Of a stretch of 64,000 nucleotides of DNA, positions 18,067 to 28,385 are shown piece after piece (the stretch's first letter is position 1; each line of letters begins with the position of its first letter). Below the pieces are notes generated by a model that saw nothing but the letters and a program-made list of their open reading frames with translations, searched no databases and had not been told where the DNA came from. Source of the stretch: Longimicrobiales bacterium (lineage in GTDB: Bacteria > Gemmatimonadota > Gemmatimonadetes > Longimicrobiales > Gaopeijiaceae); contig CBDFIQ010000002.1 of the NCBI GenBank assembly GCA_965248195.1, forward strand, positions 1,152,001 to 1,216,000, written 5' to 3'. Position numbers and translations under genes: made by a program.

Positions 18067-19250
18067 TGAGCCGCGCCGTGGACCTCGCTCCGTCCGGGCC
18101 GCTGGCCCTTCCCATCACGGGCATCGGGAGAGGGTGGGAGCCCGCCGCGATCATGACGCTCACGCTCATCCTCCTATCTCTCGGTTTGGTGACGCTTTAT
18201 TCCGCCAGCGCCTTCCTCGCGCAACGGCAAGCCTTGCCGGATTACTACTACGTCCTCCGGCAGGCAACCGGCGTGGCGGTTGGTTTGGTGATTCTCGGCG
18301 TCTGTGCAAGGATTCCGCATGACCTTTGGCGGCGACTCGCATGGCCGATGGTCGTCGTTGCGTGGCTCCTTCTCATGATCGTGGTTGCGCCGGGGACCGA
18401 GTCCATCGCGCCCTCGATCAACGGGGCACGCCGGTGGCTGCGCATCGGCCCAACCCTTCAGCCCTCGGAGTTGGCCAAGGTCGCCGTCGTCGTCTGGACG
18501 GCAACGGTAGCGATTCGTAAGCAAGAGGAGTTCTCGAGCCTGCGGCGAGGCCTCGCGCCGTTCCTCTTGGTGTGGGCCGCGCTGATCGTGCCGATCGGGC
18601 TCGAGCCTGATCTGTCAACCGCGTTGCTCGTGGGGGTGATGGGGTGCCTGGTCGTTTACGTGGCGGGTGCTCGACTGACCCACTTCCTCTTCCTAGGTCT
18701 ACTCGCCGCTCCAGTTCTGTACACCCAGTTGGACGTCGCCTTCCGGGCTCGCCGCATGGTGTCGTTCCTCGACCCTTTGGCGGATCCGGCGGGCGCTGGC
18801 TTTCAGGTCCACCAGTCGCTTGTCGCTTTCGGCTCGGGGGGCGTCGCTGGCGTGGGGTTCGGACAGGGCCGGCAGAAGCTCGGCTTTCTTCCGGAGGCCC
18901 ACAACGATTTTATCTTCGCGATGATCGGGGAGGAGTGGGGGCTGGTTGGCGTCACGATGACGGTAGTGCTTTACATGCTCCTGATCCTGATCGGCTTTCG
19001 AGTCGCATCGCGTGCTCCCGACCTCTTTGGGCAGCTGCTGGCGGTTGGGCTGACCAGCATGATTGCCATGCACGCGATTCTCCACATGGCTGTGGGACTG
19101 GGTTTGGTGCCGGCCACGGGCTTGGCGCTACCCCTTATCTCTTACGGACGCTCGAATCTGCTGGTCACGCTGGCGTCCCTCGGGATTCTCATGAGCATCT
19201 CCCGGGCGAGCCAGAGGCCCCTTCCCGTGGGAAGGAGGGCCCGTGCATGA
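18066..19250 (+). CDS. ftsW: SEDS peptidoglycan polymerase FtsW
   Basis: NGARRW, QPSELAK, LPEAHNDFIFA, GEEWG, LPLISYG. Multi-TM. Confidence 0.95.
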   Translation: MSRAVDLAPSGPLALPITGIGRGWEPAAIMTLTLILLSLGLVTLYSASAFLAQRQALPDYYYVLRQATGVAVGLVILGVCARIPHDLWRRLAWPMVVVAWLLLMIVVAPGTESIAPSINGARRWLRIGPTLQPSELAKVAVVVWTATVAIRKQEEFSSLRRGLAPFLLVWAALIVPIGLEPDLSTALLVGVMGCLVVYVAGARLTHFLFLGLLAAPVLYTQLDVAFRARRMVSFLDPLADPAGAGFQVHQSLVAFGSGGVAGVGFGQGRQKLGFLPEAHNDFIFAMIGEEWGLVGVTMTVVLYMLLILIGFRVASRAPDLFGQLLAVGLTSMIAMHAILHMAVGLGLVPATGLALPLISYGRSNLLVTLASLGILMSISRASQRPLPVGRRARA

Positions 19251-20415
19251 GGGTCCAGTCGTGGTCTTCGCCGGAGGCGGCACCGGGGGCCACCTCTACC
19301 CGGCGCTGGCACTCGCGGACGAACTCGTGCGGCAACGTCCGGACGTGCGGCCGTTTTTCCTCGGTGCACGTGGAGGAATCGAGGCTCGGGTGCTCCCTGG
19401 GCGGGGGCTGGAGCATCGGCTTCTCCCGGTGCGAGGGATCGCACGAGGGGAGTGGTGGTCGAATCTCGGGGTACCCTTGGCCCTCGCGTCCTCGCTTGCG
19501 ACCACGCTCGGAGTCCAACGCCACATCCGGCCGGAGTTGGTCGTGGTGACGGGCGGGTACGCTGGGGCGCCCTCGGGGTTGGTGGCGACCCTCATGGGAA
19601 CACCACTGGTGCTCCAGGAGCAGAATGCGTGGCCCGGAGTCACCACTCGCCTCTTGTCGCGGTGGGCAACGCAGATACACCTCGCGTTTCCCGAAGCGAT
19701 GGCGGAGTTGCCCTCCCGGGCTCGGAAGGTGGCGCGGGTCTCAGGATGTCCGATCCAAGCCCTCCCCGACAACCCGCCCGAACGCCGCGAGGCTCTTGCC
19801 GGAATGGGGCTCGACCCACAGCGGAGGCTCCTGCTGTTGATCGGTGGAAGCCAAGGATCCCTGGCGCTGAATGAGCTGATGCTCCAAGCCGTCCGGCTCG
19901 GAGCCGTCCGGTCCGAGGCCGCCGGGAACCTTGCGCCTCTGGATGAGTGGCAGCTCCTCTGGATGACGGGGCCGGCGCACCATTCGTCTATCGTCGAGGA
20001 GCTTGCCGCTAGCGGGGACCCGCCCTGGATCCGAGCAGTTCCCTACATCGAGGACGTGCCGAGGGTCCTGGGGGTCACGGATCTGGCGGTGTCGCGGGCA
20101 GGCGCTATGACGACGGCGGAGATCTTGGCGTGGGGAGTGCCGGCCATCCTGGTACCGCTCCCCACCGCTGCCGCGAACCACCAGGAGCTGAACGCTCGCG
20201 CCCTGGAGGAGGCAGGGGCCGCCGTACATCTGGAGCAGGAGGGACTGACGGCGGAGGGGCTGTGGAGGACCATCACCCGCTTGGCAGAGGACCCCCAGAT
20301 GCTCGCCACGATGAGTCAGCGCGCGCGGGAGCGCAGCCGGCCCGACGCCACCTCCCTCATCGTCGGCGAGATCGTGTGCCTTCTCTCGGATCCTGGACAG
20401 GGAGGTGCCCGATGA
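19243..20415 (+). CDS. murG: lipid II GlcNAc transferase
   Basis: GGGTGGHLYP, EQN, GGSQG, SRAGA, HQELNA. Confidence 0.95.
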   Translation: MHEGPVVVFAGGGTGGHLYPALALADELVRQRPDVRPFFLGARGGIEARVLPGRGLEHRLLPVRGIARGEWWSNLGVPLALASSLATTLGVQRHIRPELVVVTGGYAGAPSGLVATLMGTPLVLQEQNAWPGVTTRLLSRWATQIHLAFPEAMAELPSRARKVARVSGCPIQALPDNPPERREALAGMGLDPQRRLLLLIGGSQGSLALNELMLQAVRLGAVRSEAAGNLAPLDEWQLLWMTGPAHHSSIVEELAASGDPPWIRAVPYIEDVPRVLGVTDLAVSRAGAMTTAEILAWGVPAILVPLPTAAANHQELNARALEEAGAAVHLEQEGLTAEGLWRTITRLAEDPQMLATMSQRARERSRPDATSLIVGEIVCLLSDPGQGGAR

Positions 20416-21845
20416 TCGCCCTCGATCCGGGTTCGAGCTCGGTGGGGGAGCGGGATCTGCGCCGGCTCTCGACCCAGGGACCGGTGCATTTCATGGGGGT
20501 AGCGGGCGCCGGCATGTGCGCGCTGGCCGAGCTCTTTGCGGAGAGCGGAGGAACCGTGTCGGGGTGTGACCTACGGCCGGGATCCAGCACGGATAGGCTC
20601 CGCACCATGGACGTGCAGATACACGAGGGGCATGAGGCGAGCCACGTAGAGGGGGCGGCCGCCCTCGTGGTCAGCGCCGCGGTCCCGAAGGACCACCCCG
20701 AGGTCCAGGAGGCGCTCGAACAGGGAATTCCAGTCTTCAAGCGAGCCGAGGCCCTGGGCCAGTGGGTCAATCAGGGCCGGGTGCTGGCGGTGGCCGGCAC
20801 GCACGGGAAGACGTCCACCACCGCGATGGCGACGGAGATTCTCGTGGCGGCAGGGATGGATCCGACCGGCTTCGTGGGCGGCCGTGTGCCCGCTTGGGGC
20901 GGTAACCTGCGTAGCGGTGGCGGCGATCTCTATGTCGTCGAGGCGGACGAATACGACCGATCGTTCCTGGAGCTGAGGCCCGCGGTGGCCGTGGTGACCA
21001 ACCTCGAAGCGGATCACCTCGATACCTATGGTGCCCTGGAAGGTGTCGTAAACGCTTTTCAGGAGTTCCTCGATGGGCTCCTGCCGGATGGCTACGCTGT
21101 CATCTGCGCGGATGATCATGGGGCGAGCGGACTCGTCACGGGCCTCACGTCTGGGGTGCGTACATATGGCTTGGAGACGGGCGCGCAGATACGTGCAGTC
21201 GACGTCGAGGCGAGCCCCGCCGGCATGGACTTCCGGGTGATCGAAGAGGGCGTCGACCGAGGGACCTTCCGACTTTCTGTGCCCGGCGTTCACAACCTGC
21301 AGAACGCGCTGGGCGCCGCGGTTGCGGCGCGCTGTTTCGGCGTGGACTGGGACACCGTCCGCGAGGGGCTCGCGGCGTATCAGGGAGTCGAGAGGAGATT
21401 CGACACGGTTGGGTTGGAGCGGGGGATCCTGGTCGTGGACGACTATGCACATCACCCCTCGGAGATCCAGGCTACTCTGGCGGCCGCGCGGGGAGCCCAC
21501 CCGGACCGGCGGATCGTGGCCGTGTTTCAACCGCACCTCTTCACGCGGACACGGGATTTTGCCGAGGAATTCGGGCAGGCGCTTGCCGAAGCCGACTCGA
21601 TCTGGGTCACCGACGTGTTCCCGGCTCGGGAGGATCCCATCGAGGGCGTAACGGGTGAGATGGTTGCGCTAGCAGCGCGGCGTGCGGGCGCTGACGTACG
21701 CTATCACGCCGACGTGAGCTCGATGGCGGAAACCGTCGTGACGGAGCTCGCCTCGGGTGACCTCCTCCTGACCATGGGCGCAGGGTCCATCGACCGCGTG
21801 GCGCATGAGGTCATGGAACGCCTCGAGGAGACCTCTCATGCGTAA
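20412..21845 (+). CDS. murC: UDP-MurNAc:L-Ala ligase
   Basis: HFMGVAGAGM, AGTHGKTSTT, EADEYDRSF, DDYAHHP, FQPHLFTRT. ATG at 20412 after GGAGG. Confidence 0.95.
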   Translation: MIALDPGSSSVGERDLRRLSTQGPVHFMGVAGAGMCALAELFAESGGTVSGCDLRPGSSTDRLRTMDVQIHEGHEASHVEGAAALVVSAAVPKDHPEVQEALEQGIPVFKRAEALGQWVNQGRVLAVAGTHGKTSTTAMATEILVAAGMDPTGFVGGRVPAWGGNLRSGGGDLYVVEADEYDRSFLELRPAVAVVTNLEADHLDTYGALEGVVNAFQEFLDGLLPDGYAVICADDHGASGLVTGLTSGVRTYGLETGAQIRAVDVEASPAGMDFRVIEEGVDRGTFRLSVPGVHNLQNALGAAVAARCFGVDWDTVREGLAAYQGVERRFDTVGLERGILVVDDYAHHPSEIQATLAAARGAHPDRRIVAVFQPHLFTRTRDFAEEFGQALAEADSIWVTDVFPAREDPIEGVTGEMVALAARRAGADVRYHADVSSMAETVVTELASGDLLLTMGAGSIDRVAHEVMERLEETSHA

Positions 21846-22593
21846 CTTGGTCCGGACCACCGTGTGGGGATTGGTCGCGGGAGGCGTGGCGTTGGCCGCC
21901 GATTGGCTTCCGGACGCGCTCGCCGAGCTCGACTTCTTTCGGGCCCGCGAATACAGGGTCGCCGGGGCTCGTCTCCTACAGGAACAAGAGGTTCTGGCCG
22001 CAGCGGCCATTTCACCGTTCGTGAGCGTGTTCGACGATTTTACGTCGATAGAGATGCGTCTCGAGCTGCACCCACTGATTCGGCGCGCCCGTGTGATTGC
22101 CGAGCTCCCGAGGACCTTGGTGGTCACGATCGACGAGCGGATTCCGGTCGGATTCGTGGCGGGCCCGGTACTCGAACCGGTGGACCGGGATGGCCAGGTA
22201 CTCCCGCTGGACCCAGTCCAACACCGGCTGGATCTCCCCCTCCTGATCAGGGCCGGAGGAGGGGCCGCTCTCTCGCCTTCCCAGGTGCGGGTCCTGGCGA
22301 TGGAGGTCAACCGTCTGGCGGCGGATGACCCCACGTTCCTGGCTGCGGTCTCGGAGATGGCCATCGACGATCGCGGCGACGCGACCGCTTTGCTGAGCGG
22401 AGACCTTCTTCTTCGATTCCGCCCGCCCCTCTCGCATCGGCAGCTGCGTGACGGTCTCACCGTGCTGGAAGATGCCGTTCTACGCCACCCCGATCAGACA
22501 GCATCCGTCCTCGATCTTCGGTTCGAAGATCAGGTCGTCGTTGGTTATGCCGAGCAACGCGCTCGAGCGGTTGGTCAACGGAGGGATCAGTAA
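21838..22593 (+). CDS. ftsQ: cell division protein FtsQ/DivIB
   Basis: TM, POTRA-like region (HPLIRRARVIAELPRTLVVTIDER), C-terminal LDLRFEDQVVV. Directly before ftsA. Confidence 0.85.
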   Translation: MRNLVRTTVWGLVAGGVALAADWLPDALAELDFFRAREYRVAGARLLQEQEVLAAAAISPFVSVFDDFTSIEMRLELHPLIRRARVIAELPRTLVVTIDERIPVGFVAGPVLEPVDRDGQVLPLDPVQHRLDLPLLIRAGGGAALSPSQVRVLAMEVNRLAADDPTFLAAVSEMAIDDRGDATALLSGDLLLRFRPPLSHRQLRDGLTVLEDAVLRHPDQTASVLDLRFEDQVVVGYAEQRARAVGQRRDQ

Positions 22594-23823
22594 ATGCACT
22601 CGACCCTGATCGCCGGCGTCGACCTCGGCACGACCAACACCTGCGGGGTGATCGCGGAGGTCCACGACGATCCGTTCCTGCGAAGAAACCTCAAGATTCT
22701 CGGCGTCGGGCAGGCCCGGAGCATGGGGATGCGACAGATCGTGACGCATATCGAGGAGGCCACCGAATCCGTGAAGGTGGCCATGGAAGAGGCCGAACTC
22801 ATGGCTGGTGCGAAGGTGGACCGGGTGTATGTGGGAATCAGCGGCGAGCATGTTCGGGCGGCCACGTCTCTGGGCGTCGTCGCCGTAATCGACGACGAGA
22901 TTTCCTCCTTCGATCTCCAACGCGTTCACGAGGTGGCCCGCGCCGTCGCCCATCCGCCCGATCGTGAACTCCTGCACGCCATCCCCCAGGACTACATCGT
23001 GGATCACCATGCCGGGATCAAGGACCCGCTCGGGATGGCGGGCACGAGGCTCGAGGCGGAGCTCTATCTCGTGACCGGATCCGCCGCCGCCGCCGACAGC
23101 ATCAGGAAGGCGGTCCAGCGGGCGGGTTACCGAGTTCAGGAGTTGGTTCTCGAATCCCTCGCGGCCGCCCGTTCGGTCCTTACAGAGGACGAGAAGGAAG
23201 TGGGCGTCGCTATGGTCGAGATCGGCGCCTGTACGACCAACGTTGCGGCCTATTGCAACGGGGAGCTCCGACATATCGCGGTCCTCCTCTTCGGAGGGGC
23301 CACGGTCACGAACGATCTCGTGAGGGGCCTGTCCGTTCCGTTTGCCGAGGCCAAACGGGCGAAGGAGCACTTCGGTGCGGCGTTCGCCCAACTCGTGGAT
23401 CCCCGTGAGACGGTGGAACTACCGGGACCTGGTCCGGGCCAGAAGCGCCACGTCGCTCGGGAGCTGATTGCCCACGTGGTCGAGCAGCGTCTCGACGAGA
23501 TGTTCGGTCTCGTGCACGCCGAGCTTGAGCGCGAGGGCCTCCTGAACAAACTCGGAGCGGGCGTCGTGCTCACCGGCGGGGCGTCAACGCTGTATGGAAC
23601 CGTGGAGTTGGCCCAGCACGTGTTCGCCGCCCCGGTACGCAGCGGCGTGCCGGGCGAGGGCTTGGCGGGTCTGGCCGACTCCGTGGGAAGGCCGAAGTTC
23701 GCCACGGCTGCGGGACTCGCGCTTTATGGCGCCGACCGGTACGAGGAAACCGGGGACGGCGCCTCAACACTCACTTCCGGCCTTGTGTCCAAGGTCGGTT
23801 CCTGGCTGAAGGAATTTTTCTAG
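22594..23823 (+). CDS. ftsA: cell division protein FtsA
   Basis: DLGTT, PLGMAGTRLEA, VLTEDEKEVG, GVVLTGG, amphipathic tail SWLKEFF. Confidence 0.96.
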   Translation: MHSTLIAGVDLGTTNTCGVIAEVHDDPFLRRNLKILGVGQARSMGMRQIVTHIEEATESVKVAMEEAELMAGAKVDRVYVGISGEHVRAATSLGVVAVIDDEISSFDLQRVHEVARAVAHPPDRELLHAIPQDYIVDHHAGIKDPLGMAGTRLEAELYLVTGSAAAADSIRKAVQRAGYRVQELVLESLAAARSVLTEDEKEVGVAMVEIGACTTNVAAYCNGELRHIAVLLFGGATVTNDLVRGLSVPFAEAKRAKEHFGAAFAQLVDPRETVELPGPGPGQKRHVARELIAHVVEQRLDEMFGLVHAELEREGLLNKLGAGVVLTGGASTLYGTVELAQHVFAAPVRSGVPGEGLAGLADSVGRPKFATAAGLALYGADRYEETGDGASTLTSGLVSKVGSWLKEFF

Positions 23824-23896
23824 TGCTCCGACGAACCAACGACTCGGGACATCCACTGTGAATCCAGTCGAACCACCCATCCATGGGAGCCAACTG

Positions 23897-25054
23897 ATGA
23901 TGATTTTCGAATTCGAAGACACTCCGATCCAAACGGCACGGATGAAGGTGGTCGGGGTTGGAGGAGCCGGCGGAAACGCGGTCAACCGAATGGTGGACGA
24001 GGATCTGGAGGGCGTCGAGTTCATCACCATGAATACGGACGCCCAGGCGCTGAAGGGCTCGCGTGCGCAGGTCACGCTCCAGATCGGCAAGAAACTAACA
24101 CGCGGGCTGGGTGCGGGCGCGCGGCCGGAGGTCGGTCGGCAAGCGGTGGCCGAGAGCCAGGACGAGGTCCGCATGGTGCTGGAGGGGGCCGACCTGGTCT
24201 TCATCACCGCCGGAATGGGTGGCGGAACCGGCACCGGGGCCGCACCCATCATCGGGGAGATCGCTCGCGAGATGGGTGCCCTCACCATCGGCATCGTCAC
24301 GAAGCCCTTCTCATTCGAGGGTAAGAAAAGGGAACGGCAGTCCGAGCAGGGCCTCGCGGAGCTTCGCAGGACTGTCGATACGATGATTGTGGTACCGAAC
24401 GATCGCCTCTTGTCCGTGGTGCCGCGGGGGACCTCCTTTCGGAACGCCCTGAAGAAGGCCGACGAGGTGCTCCTGAACGCGACACAGGGAATCAGCGATC
24501 TGATACGGGTTTCAGGCGAGGTGAACGTCGACTTTGCGGACGTTCGAACGGTCATGGCTTGCCGTGGGCCGGCCCTCATGGGTTCCGGTTTCGGAGAGGG
24601 AGACAACCGGGCACAGGAGGCCGCTCAAGAGGCTGTTTCTTCACCGCTGCTGGACGACGTATCGATCCATGGAGCCCAGGGCGTGCTGATCAACATCACG
24701 GGGGGTATGGATCTCGCCATTGACGAAGTACACCAGATATCAACTATTATTCAAGAAGAGGCCGGAGATGAGGCGGAGATCATTTTTGGCGCGGTCCATG
24801 ATCCGGAGCTGGAAGGACAGATTCGGGTCACGGTGATCGCGACCGGCTTCGACGACATGATTCGGCCGAACTTCGGAGGGCAAACCCGGTCCCCGTTGCC
24901 TCATCGTCAAGTTCAGCCGCACCCGCAGGTGGCGGCGGTCGGTGGAGGATCGGCGAGTGTGGTTCCGCTTCCTCGACCGCCGGAGCGGGTTGTGACGCGG
25001 GAACAGATCGGCGAGCTGGACGTTCCGACGTTCATCCGCCGGCAGATGGACTGA
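23897..25054 (+). CDS. ftsZ: cell division protein FtsZ
   Basis: VGVGGAGGNAV, GMGGGTGTG, VNVDFADV, C-terminal LDVPTFIRRQMD. Confidence 0.98.
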   Translation: MMIFEFEDTPIQTARMKVVGVGGAGGNAVNRMVDEDLEGVEFITMNTDAQALKGSRAQVTLQIGKKLTRGLGAGARPEVGRQAVAESQDEVRMVLEGADLVFITAGMGGGTGTGAAPIIGEIAREMGALTIGIVTKPFSFEGKKRERQSEQGLAELRRTVDTMIVVPNDRLLSVVPRGTSFRNALKKADEVLLNATQGISDLIRVSGEVNVDFADVRTVMACRGPALMGSGFGEGDNRAQEAAQEAVSSPLLDDVSIHGAQGVLINITGGMDLAIDEVHQISTIIQEEAGDEAEIIFGAVHDPELEGQIRVTVIATGFDDMIRPNFGGQTRSPLPHRQVQPHPQVAAVGGGSASVVPLPRPPERVVTREQIGELDVPTFIRRQMD

Positions 25055-25082
25055 TACACTAACGCTTGTTGAAGGAGGCGGG

Positions 25083-26396
25083 GTGAACTCGGGCTCCAAG
25101 ATATTGGGATTGATCGGTGTTCTCGCGGTGATGGCCTCAAGCCTGGCGTTCGTTCTGTTCACGGGGAAAGAGGTGCCCACGGTGGGCCTTGTGGCCCCTG
25201 TGTTCGCGGCCGCGGCGGAGCGGGTGGAGCTTCGAGCGCTGAAGCGGGACGAGACGCTCGGCGACCTCCTGGCGGGCGTGCTGGACACGAACGATCAATA
25301 CGGCTTGGTCCTGGCGTTGAGGGAGCGCGCCAACCCTCGCCGCCTGCGGCCCGGTACCGAAGTAACATTCCGCTGGCTCACGGCTGCGCCCGCCGAGTTG
25401 CGGGCCGTCGATATCACCGTCGACCCGGATCTGACCGTTCGTATGACGCCGTCCCCAGTCGGCTGGACCTCGAGCGTGATGACTACGCCGGTGGTGATGG
25501 ATACCGTGTGGGCGTCCGGCGAGATTCAGTCGTCACTTTGGGCTGCCGTCGTCGGGAGCGAGGGCCTGGAAAGGGTGGATTCCCGGGACCAGTATGAGTT
25601 CTTCCTGGATCTCCAAAATATCTTCCAGTGGCAGGTGGACTTCGTCCGCGACATCTGGCCGGGGGACTTCTACCGGTTCTCCTACGAACGGGCGGTTCGC
25701 CCGGACGGGACCATGCGCGTCGGGCACGTGCTCTCCGCGGAGTTGGTGAACCGTGGGAGCGCCTATAAGGCCGCCTGGTTCGACCCTAACGGAGACGGGG
25801 CCGGCACGTATTACGACGAAAACGGGAACTCCGTTCGACTCGCGTTTCTTCGTAGCCCGATCGAACTTGGCTACCGGATGTCCAGTCGTTTCAGCAACAA
25901 CCGGTTGCATCCGGTGTTGCGGACTTGGCGGGCGCATTGGGGTGTGGACTTCGCTGCGGCGACCGGGACGCCCGTGCGGACGACCGGGAACGGCGTCGTG
26001 ATCGAGCGCGGCCTGCAAAGCACCTACGGCAACACGATCTTGATTCGGCATTCGAACGGATGGACCACCCGGTATGCCCACATGAATCGTTTCGCCGCCG
26101 GGGTCGGGGTCGGCAGCCGGGTGGCTCAAGGGGACCTCATTGGGTACGTCGGGATGACGGGCCTGGCTACCGGTCCCCACCTCCACTATGAGATGCGGTA
26201 TAACGGCGCCCCCAAGGATCCGCTCGCCATCGATTTGCCGCCAGGCGACCCGGTTCCAGCCGAGCAGTGGGGGGTGTGGGAGGCACAGAGCCGTGCTCGC
26301 CTAGGCCTTCTCGACCGGCTTCCTCTTCCCTGGGACGTTCGGCTTGCCATGAACGTCCTCGGGGACGATGACGCGCCGGACGCAGGAGTGCGGTGA
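25083..26396 (+). CDS. M23 family peptidoglycan endopeptidase (MepM-like)
   Basis: AAGGAGG before the GTG, N-terminal TM, HWGVD and HLH zinc motifs, YAHM. Confidence 0.9.
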   Translation: MNSGSKILGLIGVLAVMASSLAFVLFTGKEVPTVGLVAPVFAAAAERVELRALKRDETLGDLLAGVLDTNDQYGLVLALRERANPRRLRPGTEVTFRWLTAAPAELRAVDITVDPDLTVRMTPSPVGWTSSVMTTPVVMDTVWASGEIQSSLWAAVVGSEGLERVDSRDQYEFFLDLQNIFQWQVDFVRDIWPGDFYRFSYERAVRPDGTMRVGHVLSAELVNRGSAYKAAWFDPNGDGAGTYYDENGNSVRLAFLRSPIELGYRMSSRFSNNRLHPVLRTWRAHWGVDFAAATGTPVRTTGNGVVIERGLQSTYGNTILIRHSNGWTTRYAHMNRFAAGVGVGSRVAQGDLIGYVGMTGLATGPHLHYEMRYNGAPKDPLAIDLPPGDPVPAEQWGVWEAQSRARLGLLDRLPLPWDVRLAMNVLGDDDAPDAGVR

Positions 26397-28363
26397 CCCT
26401 TTCTTGGCTGGCCTTTGTAATTCTGGTGGCCGGCGCGGGGGGATTCGCGGCGTGGATTTACGTTCGCCGCGAGCTCCCGATCCCCGGCAGAGGGCTCCTC
26501 GGCACGATCCGCGCGTTGATCCTCGTGCTCGTGCTTCTCCTGCTCTGGGATCCGCGGCTGCCCGGTGGCCCGCGTAGCGGTACGTCCGAGGGTAGCTGGG
26601 TCCTGCTGGATGCATCCGTCAGCATGTCCGCCGGTGCGTCGGAAGGTGGCCCAAACTGGACGTTGGCGTTGGAGCGAGCCGGAGAACTCGCCGAGGCGGG
26701 CGCCCAAGTCCTGGTCTTCGGCGCAACTCCTCGGATTGTCGCCTTCGATTCTCTCGATACGTTACGTCCCGTCGCGTCTGCATCCAGACTGGCGCCTGCT
26801 CTCGCCCGGGCTGCGGAAGCCGGAGCCAGGCACGTAACGGTTCTCTCGGATCTCCGACTCGACGATCCGGTGGAAGCGGAGCTCAGTAGCGGGCGATCCC
26901 CTTTCGGCGTACAGATCGAGAGGAGTGGGGAGCCTGTCCGTAACGCGGGTGTCGCCCGCTTCGAACTTCCCTCCCGCGCCGAGTCGGGGCAGTCGCTCTC
27001 AGTCGGGATCGCTCTGTTCTCCGAGGGGACCGATCCGGGAGATACGATCCGCGTCGAGGTGTGGGAGGGCGAACGTCTCGTTGCCTCGGCTGGGGTTCTG
27101 CCCGCGGAGCCGGGTCTTCTCGCCACGGCGACCATCCGCTTGCCGGCTCCTCGGGACATAGGCTGGCTTCGGTATCGCCTGTTGGTGAGCTTGCCGGGTG
27201 ACGGATTCGAAGCCGACGATGCGAAATCCGCCTACACGGAGGTCGATCCGGAGGAGGGCGGTCTGGTCCTTCTTTCCCTCCAGCCGGACTGGGAGCCTCG
27301 CTTTCTGCTCCCGGTACTCTCACAGGTAACGGGGCTCGCTGCCAGCGGATTTCTCGGAATGAGCGGAGGCCTATACCTGCGCCTGGCTTCAGGCGCCCAG
27401 GTCGGACTCCCCGTGGATGAGGACGAGGTGCGGGAGGCGCTTTCGGGGGCGGACTTCGTGGTCATTCACGGCCTCGGTGCAGAAGCGCCGGATTGGGTGA
27501 GGACGACCCTCGGTGAAGCCCCGAGGTCGATCGTCTTTCCGTCGGACCCGGCGGGAGCACTTGCCTCGGGCGTGGGCGCCCGCTCGCGTTTGGATGGAGA
27601 GTGGTATGCGACGCCGGACCTGCCTCCCTCGGCGCTCGCGGCCAGTCTATCGGGAGCAGATCTGACGGGGTTACCACCGTTGACCGATATCCTTCCCCGG
27701 CAAACACAGCGGACGGCGCCGACCCCGATTCCGCTTCAGCGGCAGGGAATTGGACCCGCGGAGGCTGCACTCGTGCTGAACGAGAACCGAGGGCGTCGTC
27801 GGGTGGTGGTTCTGGCATCGGGGTTTTGGCGATGGGCGTTCCGGGAGGGCCCGGACCGGGAGGCGTATCGTAGGTTATGGGCGGGCGTCGCGGGATGGCT
27901 GCTCGCCTCTGCACCCCAGGACGGGACCAGGGATGTACGGCCCGCGAAGCGCGTGTGGAGTTCTCATGAGTCGATGCAGTGGCGAGCCCCGGGTTCGATT
28001 GGAGAAGAGGTCGGGATCACCCTCGCCCTGGGTGACTCGGTGGTCCTTGATACCACGGTGGCGGTGGATGGCGCCGGGCAGGCGCGGACAAGGCCGCTTC
28101 CCGTGGCCGAGTACTCGTACCGGATCACGCGCCCCGGAGAGGACGGCGTCATCGGAGGTGGCCGGATCGAAAGCGAGGGCCACAGCCTAGAGCTTCTCCG
28201 CCGGCCGGTGGACATCTCTACAAGGGCGTCGGATGAAGACAACGGTCGCCCAACGAGAGGGGGGCTAGGTCCGCCGCTACGGAGCCACCCGGCTCCGTAC
28301 CTTCTCATCCTCGTGCTCCTTTCCGCCGAGTGGATAGGTCGCCGGCGGGGCGGGCTACGATAG
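26393..28363 (+). CDS. membrane protein with VWA-like (DASVS) and further globular domains
   Basis: Two N-terminal TMs, LLDASVSM MIDAS-like motif, VLSD, Ig-like middle region, GFWRW, C-terminal TM with EW..RRR. Confidence 0.65.
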   Translation: MTLSWLAFVILVAGAGGFAAWIYVRRELPIPGRGLLGTIRALILVLVLLLLWDPRLPGGPRSGTSEGSWVLLDASVSMSAGASEGGPNWTLALERAGELAEAGAQVLVFGATPRIVAFDSLDTLRPVASASRLAPALARAAEAGARHVTVLSDLRLDDPVEAELSSGRSPFGVQIERSGEPVRNAGVARFELPSRAESGQSLSVGIALFSEGTDPGDTIRVEVWEGERLVASAGVLPAEPGLLATATIRLPAPRDIGWLRYRLLVSLPGDGFEADDAKSAYTEVDPEEGGLVLLSLQPDWEPRFLLPVLSQVTGLAASGFLGMSGGLYLRLASGAQVGLPVDEDEVREALSGADFVVIHGLGAEAPDWVRTTLGEAPRSIVFPSDPAGALASGVGARSRLDGEWYATPDLPPSALAASLSGADLTGLPPLTDILPRQTQRTAPTPIPLQRQGIGPAEAALVLNENRGRRRVVVLASGFWRWAFREGPDREAYRRLWAGVAGWLLASAPQDGTRDVRPAKRVWSSHESMQWRAPGSIGEEVGITLALGDSVVLDTTVAVDGAGQARTRPLPVAEYSYRITRPGEDGVIGGGRIESEGHSLELLRRPVDISTRASDEDNGRPTRGGLGPPLRSHPAPYLLILVLLSAEWIGRRRGGLR

Positions 28364-28385
28364 GTGGGATGAGCCGGGACTGACG

